Shown here: positions 25,776-38,762 of the stretch, piece after piece
Position numbering within the stretch: the stretch's first letter is position 1
How the letters are laid out: the number at the start of each line of letters is the position of its first letter
Assembly (NCBI RefSeq): GCF_016432865.1
Contig: NC_067403.1
Location: forward strand, 104,408,001 to 104,472,000
Source of the DNA: Antechinus flavipes
Lineage: Eukaryota
Reading direction: 5' to 3'
Length of the DNA: 64,000 bases
Translations under genes and position numbers: made by a program
The notes under the pieces: model-generated
Databases searched by the model: none
The model's input: only the letters and a program-made list of their open reading frames with translations
Told to the model about the DNA's origin: nothing

Positions 25776-26116
25776 GATATATTGTGATGATATTTTGGCT
25801 CTCTTTGAGAATGAAAGACACCAACCATGATACTATCTCAAACACAAAGTTGTGGTAGAGAGTTGAAAATGCAATGTCATAACTAATCCAATAATTAAAA
25901 AGCACTCCATGTGAACTGCATGGGGGATACAATACAACATCTGTTTTGAGCTTTGACTTATAGGTAGCATCTAAAAGGGTAGAAATGGCAAAAGGTTGAA
26001 GGATTTGGCAAGAAAAAAGAATGACTTGGATAAAGCATGAAGGTGAGAGACTTTGGGTCATAAAGAGATCATTAAGTGATCTGGTTTGATTATATAGTGA
26101 AGTGTAATCTAAATCT

Positions 26117-26338
26117 GGGCAGCTAGGTAGCACAATAGGTAGAGCACCGTATCTGAAGTTAGGAAAACTGATCTTTAGATTTTAAAATGGCCTCAGACAT
26201 TTAATCCTATTCGCCTCAGTTTCCTCATCTGTAAAATGAGCTGGAGAAAAAAAATGGTGAAACAATCCAGTATCTTTGCCTAGGAAATCCCAAAAAGGAT
26301 CATAAAAATTTGAACATAATTGAAGTGACTGAAAAACA
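26117..26338 (+). mobile_element. Mar1-like SINE (tRNA-derived head, CORE, RTE/BovB-like tail)
   Basis: gggcagctaggtagcac...gcctcagtttcctcatctgtaaaatgagctggagaaaaaaaatggtgaaacaatccagtatctttgcc...gtgactgaaaaaca. Confidence 0.85.
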
Positions 26339-27289
26339 TTAATACAAGCTAAGATTAAGAAGCACAAGTATCAGCAAATTATCTAGTTTTTTTAAGATTC
26401 AGACTAATAAAAATCAGCAGTCTCTGTTAACCACTATGGAAAGTTTCCTAATTTTTTGTTGCCTGTGTAGCATAAGAATGTGTGACTTGTTCTGCATGAT
26501 ATGCAAATTGATATTTTAAAATTATTTGGGCATAAAATATATTTTCCAAATGTAGAACTTATTTCTAAAGTTTGTTTACATTTTAAAATTTTTCTCAATG
26601 ATCTCAAAGCTAACTGATTGTATCTCCTATAGCTCTGTATAAATGAAATATTCAATAAACATTTGTTCATGTCAATAAAGATGTTTCATCTTACTTGTGA
26701 AAACAGTTTTCCTACTTAAATATTATTCCTTTTACTGAAATCCTTATTAAACTTCATTTGTCTCATTAATGATCATATTAACAGGTAATTAAAAAAATCT
26801 TTTGCTCTTTTGACAAGATGAGGGATATAGTACCTTCAGGAAGATCACTTTATTCATTAAGGCTTATTCCAATGTAGCTGAATCAAAATCAAGACTTCCT
26901 CATCTAGCATGCTGTTTTTCTTTGGGGCAAAAGCCATAAGAAGTTATGACTATCGTTGAGTAAATTCTTTGGTGGAAAATGCTGACTCGTCTAGTAGCCT
27001 TTCTGACTTCAGAACAGCAAAAAGGAAGGCAATCTATTTGAAAGAAGCAGGGGGTCAAAAGTGAATCAAAGGGGATTTCATGATGCAGCAATTTTGAGTA
27101 TAGGGTTTGTTAGTTTCAGTGGGGAAAAAAGGGCTGTGATAAAAGAATTCTAGCATGAGTGGAAGTGGGTGGGAGTAGAATAGGGATAAAAATGCTTAGA
27201 ATTGATAGGGACAGTTCAAGAAAGGTTGCTTTTGTATTGCAGTCTCCCCCCCCCCAAAAAAAAAAAAACACAAACTATTCATCAACATT

Positions 27290-27820
27290 CAATTAATTTT
27301 CATTTTTGATCATTCCAGTCAAACAATTATAAAGCACTTAGGACATGTAATCTTCATGGTAAATAAACACTAGTAGCACAAACAGAAGAGAAAGAGACAG
27401 AGAGATAGAGAGAATCTAGTGGTAGATAATTGAGTATCAATTATTGAGGTCAAACAAGAATAATCTGAAAGTAAGAGGTCCCAATTCTGGAAAATTGTAG
27501 AAATGGAGGGGGAATCATTGAAAGATTAATGAAGGAATAGTTTTTAAAGTGGGACTTCAAGAATAGAAAAAATATTAACATGCAGACACTTGAAAATAAA
27601 TTTCAAGGGGCATGCTAAGGAAGATGAATACCAGTGTGGGTGGAGAACTAGAGTAAAAATATGAGTCTCCATCAAGAACCAAAATAGTTTTTTTTTTTAA
27701 TTTATCAAAGCATGGCTCATATCCCTTTCTGAACAGGACTATTCCTTATCTCCAATCCCTATCCCAATTGTTAGTACTTTCCATCTCCTTCAAATTATTT
27801 TGTTTATCTTTATATATATA

Positions 27821-27870
<50 letters not shown>

Positions 27871-28710
27871 CATCCTTCCTCTCTTCCCTCCATAGAATGG
27901 ACTCTGTCCAAGACAAGAAAAGCCAATTTCTGTCTTCATATCCCCTTGTCTAACATTGTGGTTTGCAATGAATAAGTATCTAATATGTATTTTATGGACT
28001 AAATTGAATCAAGCTGAATCTAGTCCATATATATGAGGTGGTGAACTCAAAGATGACAAGGCAGAAGATGGGAGAAAGAGATTGGAAAATAGTGACTTTT
28101 CCAGTTTGGCTAATGCATAGAGAGTGAAGAGGAATCAAGGGAAATGAATATAGAAAGGTAAATTCATCCTAGACTGTGGAGAATTATATATTTTTAATTT
28201 CTATTCACTAAATAGCAGAGAACCTCTGAACAAGAATTAAATGGTTGGGGTTATGCATTAGAAAGATTATTTTAGCAGTGTTGTGAATGGTCAATTAGAA
28301 TAGAGACCCTGGAGTTAGGGGTATTAATGAAGAGGTTAGTACAATAATCTACAATCCAGCAATAAAAGTTTAAATTTAAATTAGCAAGGAAATCAGAAAA
28401 AAGAAGAATGTAAAACAGAAGGAAGAGAAGATTTGGCAACTGATTTGATGTTGTGTGAGATGATATATGACGTGTGGAGTTTGAAAGAAACTTTCATTTT
28501 GGAAAGAAAATGGTAAATCCTTTTTCCGACATGTTAAATTTGAAGGTCTGGATAGACTTTCAACTGGAAATGTAGACCAGGCAATGAGAAAGCTGAGTAT
28601 GAAGGTCAAAGGAGAGGAAGAAGCTAGAAAAAATACCTTTAGGAATTATCTGCATAGAAATGATAATTGAAGCCATGAAATTAGATAAAATTGCTAAGGG
28701 AGAAAAGGGA
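27290..28710 (-). mobile_element. L2 LINE remnant(s) interrupted by smaller repeats
   Basis: Best match at 28380-28710 (gatttggcaactgatttgatg...acatgttaaatttgaagg...atctgcatagaaatgataattgaagccatgaaattagat), the antisense of the L2 3' region. Confidence 0.6.
27826..27868. repeat. (TG)n microsatellite
   Basis: Uninterrupted TG run of about 21 units. Confidence 0.98.
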
Positions 28711-28829
28711 GAAAAGGAGAAAAGGAGGGAAGGAGGGAAGGAGAGAGGAAGAGACAGAGAGTGAAGCACAGAAAGAAAGAGAGACAGAGAGAGACAAAGA
28801 TATAGACAGAGACACACAGAGAAAGAGAG

Positions 28830-28833
<4 letters not shown>

Positions 28834-28891
<58 letters not shown>
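28834..28891. repeat. Compound (CA)n(GA)n microsatellite
   Basis: CA run to 28866 then GA run to 28891; source of the VCVCVC/SLSLSL ORFs. Confidence 0.98.
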
Positions 28892-30069
28892 CAACAGAGA
28901 GAAAAACAGAGACAGAGAATAGAAGGTCATAAACTACTTTAATATGATTCTTCAATTCTCTGATAGAGTTTTTCATTTGTTTTTACAGGTTGGTCATGGA
29001 ATTTATCAAGGAGGCAAGTTCCTATAAGATATTGCTTCCCATCTGCTTATTTGGGGAAAATATTACTGCAGCTGAACCAATTAATTTTAACAGTCATTGA
29101 TTCTGGTCTTCAGTGACCTGGGCCATATTTCACAAGTTTATATCTCCAATTTACTGACTTATCCTTTAGAATGGAAAACTGTTTCCTTCCCTCCTCCTCC
29201 TTTCTCCACACCCTGTTCATTTGCAGAAGCTAGCACTAGCTACCTTTGGAAAGAAGAGAAAAAAATCTAGATAAGGACTTAAGGAAAGAAAGAATAGTTG
29301 ATAAAAATAAGTAGGAGGGTAAACCCTAAGAGTAAAATGAGTTTCAAGATGAGGATGAAAAAAAAAAAAAGAGAGAGAGAAAACATTCTGGGAGAGAAAT
29401 GAAACCAAAAAAATCATTTCCTTAAATCATTCTTGAATAACTCCCAGATGTATCAGATATATCAGGTAACTGTCTTCATGATCATCCTTTTCTTTTTAGA
29501 AATTACTTATTCATGTGTCTCAGAGTTTTCTTTGATTTCATACTATTGAAATGTATTGAATCTCAACCTATTTTTCTTCTATTCAGGCTCATCTTCCCCT
29601 ATAGTAATTTGAGTATTTTTGTGGTTTTGGAAAATTGTGGATTAATGATGCATTTAAGCAGCTTTAGAATGACCTTAGGCTAGACAAATTACTAAAGTAG
29701 TGCTGGCAAGGGATATTTATTTTGACTACAATAAGCTCTTCTTTTCATGTTTAATCACAATGCACACAAATGACTGGTGGCTGTCATCAATGCATAGCAC
29801 TTGGTGTATATACAGGCACATATGACTACATCACGGATTGCATATATACAGAACACACACATACACATACACATGTATGCTAAGCATGTGTATGTAGATA
29901 ACATTTACACATATAAATATATATTACTCAATAACAAATATATACATTACAAATGTATATGTTTCTTTAGAGTAGCCATTTCAATTAATTGGTAAAAGAA
30001 ACTAGGTAAAGAAATTCCCTCAAATAAAATAAATAAATAAAAATGAATTAAAATAATGTAATTGGCTAG

Positions 30070-30280
30070 CATCATATTTTCAGTTTTTCCAAAGTTCTTT
30101 ATATGAGTATCTCATTTGATTTTTACAATAACCCTGTGGTAAATATGCCAATTTCCAGATAAGAAAACAATTTGAAAGAAATTAGCTGACAATATGAAAT
30201 CCAGGGTAACATAGCTAGGGAGATAATGATTCGATCTTAGTTCCACTGACTTCAAGTGTAGCCCTCTCTTGACTCTGTCA
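30070..30280 (-). mobile_element. MIR-type CORE-SINE
   Basis: atctcatttgatttttacaataaccctgtgg...ccagataagaaaac...ggtaacatagctagg...gattcgatcttagtt. Confidence 0.7.
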
Positions 30281-33200
30281 CCCAGGAGCCTACTTTGGCT
30301 CTTAATCTACATGATAGCAGTAATCTGTACATGATAGAATTTCCTTAGAGACACTGTGCAGTAGTGGATAGTGAGCCAGCCTTAGAGTTCCAAAGAACTG
30401 AGTTCAAGTCTTTCCTCTTTTATATACTGAGTTAATCACTTTGGTATCCCAAGCATGAATTTTAAAATAATGTTATATTCTTCTTGTCAATTCAGATAAA
30501 ATCTAATGCTATTTTGTTTTTGGATTATATCAGGTGCTGTAAGTTTTAGATTTTTTTTTAAATTTCTTATTATATTTTTTAATGTAGCCTCACTATAATC
30601 CCTTCTTCCTCCTCCATAAACAATTCTTTGGGGCATAAATTGAAGGAAGCAATTCTGTAACATTCTTCTTTCCTGTGGAATTGTACCAAAAATAACAGTG
30701 TTGTTATTTTCTTGGTATTAACTCTATTTAGCCCAGATGTGCATTTCCTATAACTTCTTGGCAGCTTTTGTGACCTCAAAATGGCATCAAAATGTATTGC
30801 TGAATATAAAAATGTGCTATACATACTGGACCGCACCATCAAATTCTGCATTCTTTTTACTTAACCAATGATTGGGAAGAATATATATTTTGTGTTTTCT
30901 TTTTCTTCTAGGATTGCTGTCTTTACATTATGGGATTTCTGGGAGTTGAATGCAGCCCCTAAGTCAAGCTATTTCTATGAACCAGTCTAATTAAATAAAG
31001 AAAAGTTCAATTAATTAATACACATTTATTAAATTTTACTAAATATGAGGCATTATGCTGAGGATATAAAGACATAAATTAGATGGTTTCTTTTCTCAAG
31101 GAATATACCAAAAATCTACCTAGGGAAACAAGATACACACATGCAGATATGTATATATGTATATGTATACACATGTAGCTATACACACACACGTGTGTGT
31201 GTGTGTGTAAATGATATATCTAAAATAAAAGGAAGGCAATTTGGCAACAAGATATTTTCTGCTGGAGGTATAGGGAGAGGCCCCCTTTTGAAGTTGGTAC
31301 TTGAAATGAGTCTTTAAGGAAATAATTCTTCAGCAGTAGTCCGGGCATTAAATGATGAAAACTTTGGCTGTGTAAACTCATTCAAAAAAAAAAAAAAAGA
31401 CACACAGAAAATAAGATATTAACTATACTTGGTGGGGAGAGAATAGACAACCTTCCTATGAAAAATTTATTTTCCTATTTTATTTGTAAATCTTTCTGAC
31501 CTTCATATGCAAGCATTATTATCAGGGAGCCGTTTACATGTGCTAAAATAGAAAATTCCATTTAATTGATAGCATCATCTGAGTCCCTGCCAGAAAGAAA
31601 GACTGGGGCAAAACTTATCTTGCTCTGTTCTGTCCAATTCCATTCAAGTTTGGATGTGGTGTCAGTTCAAGGATCTGTAACCATTTAAGAGTTTGTTGAC
31701 AGCCTTGTTATCAGCCCCCCTGAAAACTGAGCAATAAACTAACCAGTCTGGCTAAGCTTATCAAGGTGATGAGCTTCTGTGTCCTCTCAGCATATTGCAC
31801 TGAATAATCCATCCCACTTCATTTAGTCTTCTTCCTTCAGCATTTATCTTTTATTCGTAAAGGAAAAATGCGAAATATCTATTTGACTTTTATGATTGCT
31901 AGCTTGAGGTGGGTAATACATCTACAATCCTTTCCTACCAAAATTCTAGGCTGGATACTGACTGCTGTGGGGAGCTTCCCCTAAAGGGTGAAATCTGGTA
32001 CTGGCACAGAGTGAAATGGAGTAAGGGGACTTCTTGGAAGAGCTTCTTCATTAGAATTCCATAGGATATGCTGTGAAAGAATATGCCAGCTGCTTACCAG
32101 AATACTATTTACAGTCTTATGACAGTAACCGGGGGAAGTACAGCTGATCTTTTGTCAGTGATGAGAGCACAACATTTTGTAGCCATTAATGCAGAGAGTG
32201 TGCATCTAGTTCAGAAGGAGGAGGGAAGGGAATCCCCTAGGGTCCTACTAGAACGTAGATCTAAATACACACTTAGCTGAAACTAAGTGATACACACTAG
32301 AGACAAATCACAGGCAGGCAGTGTGGAGTAGGGGAAAGAGTTCAGGCTTTGAAGTTAGAAAATTTTGATTTGAATCTTTGTCCTGCTGCCTGTGTGATCT
32401 TGAATGATTTATTTAACTTTGGTTCTTTAGCTGTAATTTCTTTTAAAAAAGATAATAAAACCCCCAAGATCCATTTCAACTTTAAATCTAACATGTAAAA
32501 ATGTTTGTTTTTCCTCTTTTGAATCAGTCATTCTTTACAATCCTGTCATGCATATTATTTAGTGGAACAGTATTTCATCTCTGCACTTGTAAGACAGCAG
32601 AATATTATCTTTGCACATGGTATTTTAAAATAATTTTATATGATCTAATTATATATTGATAAATTATATTTTATAAAAATTTATAAAGTTGTGTTTTTGA
32701 TTGACTGGAAAATTTTAGTCATAAAACATTCATATTTATTTTATAAAAATATGTGTGAGGCTGGGGAAGTAGAAATTAAGCAGTATGTTCCTGATTTATC
32801 ATATATACAGATCAAAAGTCAGGATTCTTCCAAAATTTGTATCAGTTCTTTACCTTTCTACTGGAACATGACACTAATGAATCTGAATTCATGAATTTAG
32901 TGGTCATATTTGCCAGTTATCTTTGGTCAGAGGAAAAAAAAAATTTCACCAAGACAGACCACAATCTTAATCACAGTCAGCCAGCTCAAAAATAAATAAA
33001 TAAATAAACAAATAAATAAATAGATAAATAAAGAGATTGATGAGACTGGACTCTGTGAGTGTGTATTTGCATTTAAATGCAAAGGCATTATCACTGCTAG
33101 GGAAACCAATTCAAATGCCATGTCCTACTAATGGTCAATACCAACATCTTTGTACATGAAGGTTGAACTTTTTTTTTTTTTTGAGGCCAACATTTTTATC

Positions 33201-34507
33201 TTTCTTTTTGAAAGCAAAACTGTAGGCAAATTGGATGTTCAAGTTAATATCTTATTTATTTTCCTTCAAAGCTTTAACATTTTTCTTTCAGTTCTTTGAT
33301 GCTGGATGATGATGGGGACATTTGAACATATTTTTTAAAAAATTATTCTAGAAACATTAAAGTAGCCAAAATCGGAAATTCTCCATGATAAATTTGGGAA
33401 TACCTTGATATATTCATTATACAACAAAAATTGTCAATGAAATGACAATTTCGAAATTCACAGTACAAATTTACTGACTGAAAGAATGAAGAGAGAACAA
33501 AAAATTGAGAGAAAGAGACTGATGTAACTAAATACAGAGACAGAGACAGAATCAAAGACAGACAAACAGAAAGAGTGAAATAGAAAAAAAAAAATGGAAA
33601 AGGGGGCATAGACACAAAAGACAGAGAAAAAGAAAGATAGAAAGAAATAATGGAGACAGAGAAGGGGAGCGGGGAGAAACAGAGGTAGGCTTGGTGAGAG
33701 GAAGACCTAGACAAGTTAGCTGGCTCTCAGAGATTTTAGAAACTTTTGGAAAGAGTTTGCATGTTGATAATATAATAGAAGCATGACTTAAAATTGTCAT
33801 TTATGGAAAACTAAAAGCAAGGACAAAGAGAATAATGCTTTTCATAATTTCAAACACATACACATACACACATGCATATGTGTTTATATATATATAAAAT
33901 TTATGTGTATGTATACATAATATTTATCTGAAAACTGTTATATATATAAATGTATAAAATATATCTTTAATTTGTCAGAGTTACTACTTTTATCCTTATT
34001 AAAATTTTAGTATACCCCTAAGTGAGATATTCTCATAAAATGAAATTTCATTGCCTTGAGCAAAGTTTTGAATTATCTGTTATCAGCTGTTAAATTAATA
34101 ATGTAGGCACTGAACTCTTACCAAAACAAACAAATAGATTCCCTAGAAGAGTTGTACATACCTGTAACCCCTTCTACTGGTTAGACTGAGGTAGATGAAG
34201 AACTTGAGCTCAGAGTTATAAGTTTCCTTAGGACTAAAAGCCAATTGAGTGTTTACATTAAGTCCATAGAGTCAGTAGGAGCTAGGAATAATCAGGCCAC
34301 GTAAATAGAGCTAACTGACTGATTGGAAACAGTGCAAATTAAAGCTCTCAGAGTTTCAATACCCATTATAGTGGGTTCGGCCTGTGAATGGCCACAGCAT
34401 TCTAGCCTGAGAAAGACAGAAAGATCCAATCATACATGCACAAATTGCATTTTGATTATTTGTTAATGCAAGTAAAATAGTGTAGTTTGCCTTAGGAATT
34501 TTATTGT

Positions 34508-35974
34508 TCAGTGGAAAAGGTTAGGTTCACAAGACAGAATAGTCAACTATAGCAATCTAGTGTTTGACAAACTCTAAGATCCTAACTTTTGGGATAAGAA
34601 TTCATTATTTGATAAAAACTGCTGGGATAACTGGAAATTAGTATGGCAGAAATTAGGCATGGACCCACACTTAACACCATATACCAAGATAAGATCAAAA
34701 TGGGTCCATGACCTAGGCATAAAGAACGAGATTATAAATAAATTAGAGGAACATAGGATAGTTTATCTCTCAGACTTGTGGAGGAGAAAGAAATTTGTGA
34801 CCAAAGATGAACTAGAGACCATTACTGATCACAAAATAGAAAATTTTGATTTCATCAAATTAAAAAGCCTTTGTACAAACAAAACTAATGCAAACAAGAT
34901 TAGAAGGGAAGCAACAAACTGGGAAAACATCTTCACAGTTAAAGGTTCTGATAAAGGCCTCATTTCCAAAATATATAGAGAACTGAGTCAAATTTATAAG
35001 AAATCAAGCCATTCTCCAATTGATAAACGGTCAAAGGATATGAACAGACAATTTTTAGATGATGAAATTGAAACTATTACCACTCATATGAAAGAGTGTT
35101 CTAAATCATTATCGATCAGAGAAATGCAAATTAAGACAACTCTGAGATACCACTACATATCTGTCAGATTGGCTAAGATGACAGGAAAAAATAATGATGA
35201 ATGTTGGAGGGGATATGGGAAAACTGGGACACTGATGCATTGTTGGTGGAGTTGTGAATGAATCCAACCATTCTGGGGAGCAATCTGGAATTATGCCCAA
35301 AAAATTATCAAATTGTGCATACCCTTTGATCCAGCAGTGGTACTACTGGGCTTATATCCCAAAGAGATTGTAAAAAAGGGAAAGGGACTTGTATGTGCAA
35401 AAATGTTTGTAGCAGCCCTGTTTGTAGTGGCTAGAAACTGGAAAATGAATGGATGCCCATCAATTGGAGAATGGCTGGGTAAATTGTGGTATATGAATGT
35501 TATGGAATATTATTGTTCTGTAAGAAATGACCAGCAGGATGAATACAGAGAGGACTGGCGAAACTTACATGAACTGATGCTATGTGATTTCTTTAACAAA
35601 GAGACCTAACTGAGTTTCAATTGATAAATGATGGACAGAAACAGCTACACCCAAAGAAAGAACACTGGGAAATGAATGTGAACTATCTGCATTTTTGTTT
35701 TTCTTCCCAGGTTATTTTTACCTTCTGAATCCAATTCTCCCTGTGCAACAAGAGAACTGTTCGGTTCTGCACACATATATTGTATCTAGGATATACTGTA
35801 ACCTATCTAACATATATAGGACTGCTTGCCATCTAGGGGAGGGGGTGGAGGGAGGAAGGGGAAAAATCGGAACAGAAACTAGTGCAAGGGATACTGTTGT
35901 AAAAAAAAAAATTACCCTGCCATGGATTCTGTCAATATAAAGTTATTATAAAATAAAATAAAATATTTTAAAAA
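34508..35974 (+). mobile_element. Young L1, 5'-truncated (1.47 kb): ORF2 C-terminal region, 3' UTR, poly-A, TSD
   Basis: Perfect 14-bp TSD aggaattttattgt at 34494-34507 and 35975-35988. ORFs 34659..35261 and 35313..35609 are in one frame and encode L1 ORF2p C-terminal sequence. Confidence 0.97.
34659..35609 (+). pseudogene. L1 ORF2p C-terminal fragment with one in-frame stop (35259-35261)
   Basis: DPHLTPYTKI...SDKGLISKIY...REMQIKTTLRYH...CWRGYGKTGTLMHCWW...GCPSIGEWLGKLWY. No endonuclease or RT domain is present. Confidence 0.92.
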
Positions 35975-36164
35975 AGGAATTTTATTGTACTAGTAGTGTA
36001 AATGAGATAATAATTTTAAAATCTTTCACACATTGCCAGCCATGTATTAGGTACTCTATAAATGCTTATTCACTTCCCTTTCAATAGTACTAGGAGTAGG
36101 AGTGGGAATAAGAGTAGAAATGGTGGTAGTACTGGTAGTCGTAGTAGTACTGGTAGCAAATGGC

Positions 36165-36380
36165 TATCATTTTTATAGTACATTGATGTTTGCAAAACAC
36201 TCTATAGACACAATCTCTTTTTATCTTCACAACAACCCTAGAAAATAGGTGTTACTACTGGCTGCACTTTACAGATGAAGAAACTGAATAAAACAGAGAT
36301 GAAATGGCTTGCTCAAAGAGTATCTAAGGCTGTGTTTAAACACAGACCTTTTTCCTCCAGGTCCAGAACTCTATCTCTTA
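36165..36380 (-). mobile_element. MIR-type CORE-SINE
   Basis: tttgcaaaacactct...atcttcacaacaaccctag...cactttacagatgaagaaactga...tggcttgctcaa. Confidence 0.8.
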
Positions 36381-38035
36381 GATGTCTCATGAATAGTTTA
36401 TTTTGTTTTATTTTAGTTGTTCCTTTTGTGTGCAAATAACCTCTCTTTTAAAAATATAAATCACTAACTTTAGCAAACATTTCACTGGAAAAAAATTTCT
36501 TATTCTTCTAGGTGATTTTTTTTATCTCCTTCCAATTCCTATATAAAATTGAAACTATTATACACTAGTTCTCCCAAAACTAATTAGCTAATATTTGTAA
36601 AGAACTTATAAGATAAAGAGCTTTACATGAGTATTATCTTAAAATTTCTATTTAAAAGTTGTCCTTGAAGTAACAGAGCAGAAAACAACAGCTGAAAAAA
36701 AAAGCAGATCTTGTGAATTATAATAGTTAAAATGATTATATTTATATAATTCTCTTTCAATAAACCAATGGCTATATTTTGACACAGAAGCAAATTTTTA
36801 AAGAATAGCTTCTTCTCAAGAATATATTTGTACAGTATTGTAATGTTTTAATTGCAATCAGTATAATTTTATGTTTTAAAAATAAAAATTAAGTAGAAAC
36901 TTAAAAAAGAAACCGAGACATGAACAAAGGTTGACATTGTTTTTTCCCTTAATTTTAAATTTAAAGTGATAATTGTGGTAAGTTAAAATAGTGGAATAAT
37001 AAGCTGGGAATAATAGGAAAAGATGCATTGTCTTCTCTTCTGGTTCTGCTGGTTGTAGTAAAGCAAGGAATTCTGGAGGGAAAAAATTAAGCCACACCTA
37101 GGGACAGGAGGAGTATCCAAGTTGTGGTGGTGAGTGGCAGTGAGAGAAATAAAAGCAATGAGTATTGAGTCAGTACCAAAGACCTCTGAGATAAGCCGAG
37201 TTGCAGAAATAGTTATAGTCTGGAAAGGCAGGCAAATATATAGGTCGTGAAGACCTGGAACTGAAACAGATTGAGATAGGGTGTATGAATATTTACAAGA
37301 GCAGTTGAGATTCCAGGAAAGTAAATTGTTCATTAGACAATAGGTAGTCTTGCCTTCTCTGAAATTCCCAATTCCATGCACTCTACTACAACTCTCCCTG
37401 TCTTTTCTCTTTGTATTAGGGAACTTTGTCCCAAATATGCTTTGTAATAATCACTTAAGTTTTTATTAAGCTTGCTATCAAGATAACATTGAGGTAGAGA
37501 TTTGAACAGGTAGATAAGAGGATCTGAAAAGTCATGTGTAGGAAAGGAAGCTTGAACTAATCTTTGAAAAGAAACAAAATTAGAAAAGAGTTCAGTAGTC
37601 ATCTAACCCAAAGAATACTTGATACAGGAATGTCTATCTGAAAGTTTTTACTATTATTTTTATGACTAATTATACTGTTCCCATATAGTAAAGAGGCTTT
37701 AAATTATAGGCAAAGAAACAAAAGAAAAGACTGCCTATATTAATCAATAATCCCATTTCATTTTTAACATGAGATGCTTCATTTTATAAATATACAATTT
37801 TTGCTTATATATGTATTTTGTGAATATATATATATATATATATACATATACCTCATATACAAATGCATTTTCTCTATTTTAATTGATTAGTTATTAAATT
37901 TAAATTTTTTATCCAATATCATTGATTCTTGAGAATAGGAAAGAAATTAATACAAATAAAATAGAATACTTAAACACTTCATGGACCCTTGGGTTTGAAT
38001 CCATTAACATTCTTTGGGAAAAAATCAGTTCTTAT

Positions 38036-38180
38036 TTTTTTTCCCTTCCTTCCTTTCTTCTCTTTCCTTTCTCCCTTCTTTCCTTCCCTCCTTTCTCCCT
38101 TCCTTCTCCTCCCTCCCTTCTTTCCTCCTTCGTTCCTTCCTTCCTTCCTTCCTTCTTCCTTCCTTCCTTTCTTCCTTCTT
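38036..38180. repeat. Degenerate (TTCC)n polypyrimidine repeat
   Basis: Pure C/T tract of ttcc/ttccc/tcct units with a single G. Confidence 0.95.
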
Positions 38181-38521
38181 TATTAAGGCTAGACTCTAGT
38201 AGCTTCAGAAAGTATAAGTAGGCATTTTGAAGGTAATCTACAACACAGTATCTAATTATTTTTTCTTATGTTTAAATAAATAATTGTTCTTAGTATAACA
38301 TAAATGAGCTATAGCCAGACATCAAGCGTTTAAGTTCCTCGTCACTACAATTGAAATGAAAATTTATTGTCTATGACTTATTTGGCACAACATGTTTTAG
38401 ATCTTTTATAGTATTTATTTCTGCCCCATAAAATAGAGAACTTCACAAAAGTTCTAGGCTATCTTTTTAGGGTCCCCTGACTACCTGTACTTCATGTAAA
38501 GGTTCTACAACAAGTCCAAGA

Positions 38522-38762
38522 CTGTGCCAAAATCAGCTTTTACCAACTTGAGACAGTCAATTGTTAAATTTACAGTGTGAGTTTTTACATTTTGCAAATT
38601 GGTAAATGATATAAATCAGGACTTGATTTATTGTTTTGTGGATTGTTGAGACTTATGGGAATAATGTAAATAATATAAACTAAACTGAAAAATGTGTCAT
38701 GCATCTTTCCTCCCCCTTCCCCCAAGAGAGCTACTTGGCAAACATTTACCTGCAGCCTGGAG
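38522..38762. mobile_element. Probable non-autonomous hAT (Tip100-like) DNA transposon remnant
   Basis: tgtgccaaaatcagcttttaccaacttgaga...gttaaatttacagtgtgag...ttgatttattgttttg...gagagc...aaacatttacc resembles a mammalian hAT MITE recalled from memory; TIRs are eroded. Confidence 0.4.

Noticed and set aside
28560-28976. ORFs of 60-138 aa here and at 827-1087, 33343-33800, 37922-38221 and 39403-39736
   Set aside because: Translations of microsatellites or low-complexity DNA (SLSL, VCVC, LPSF runs).
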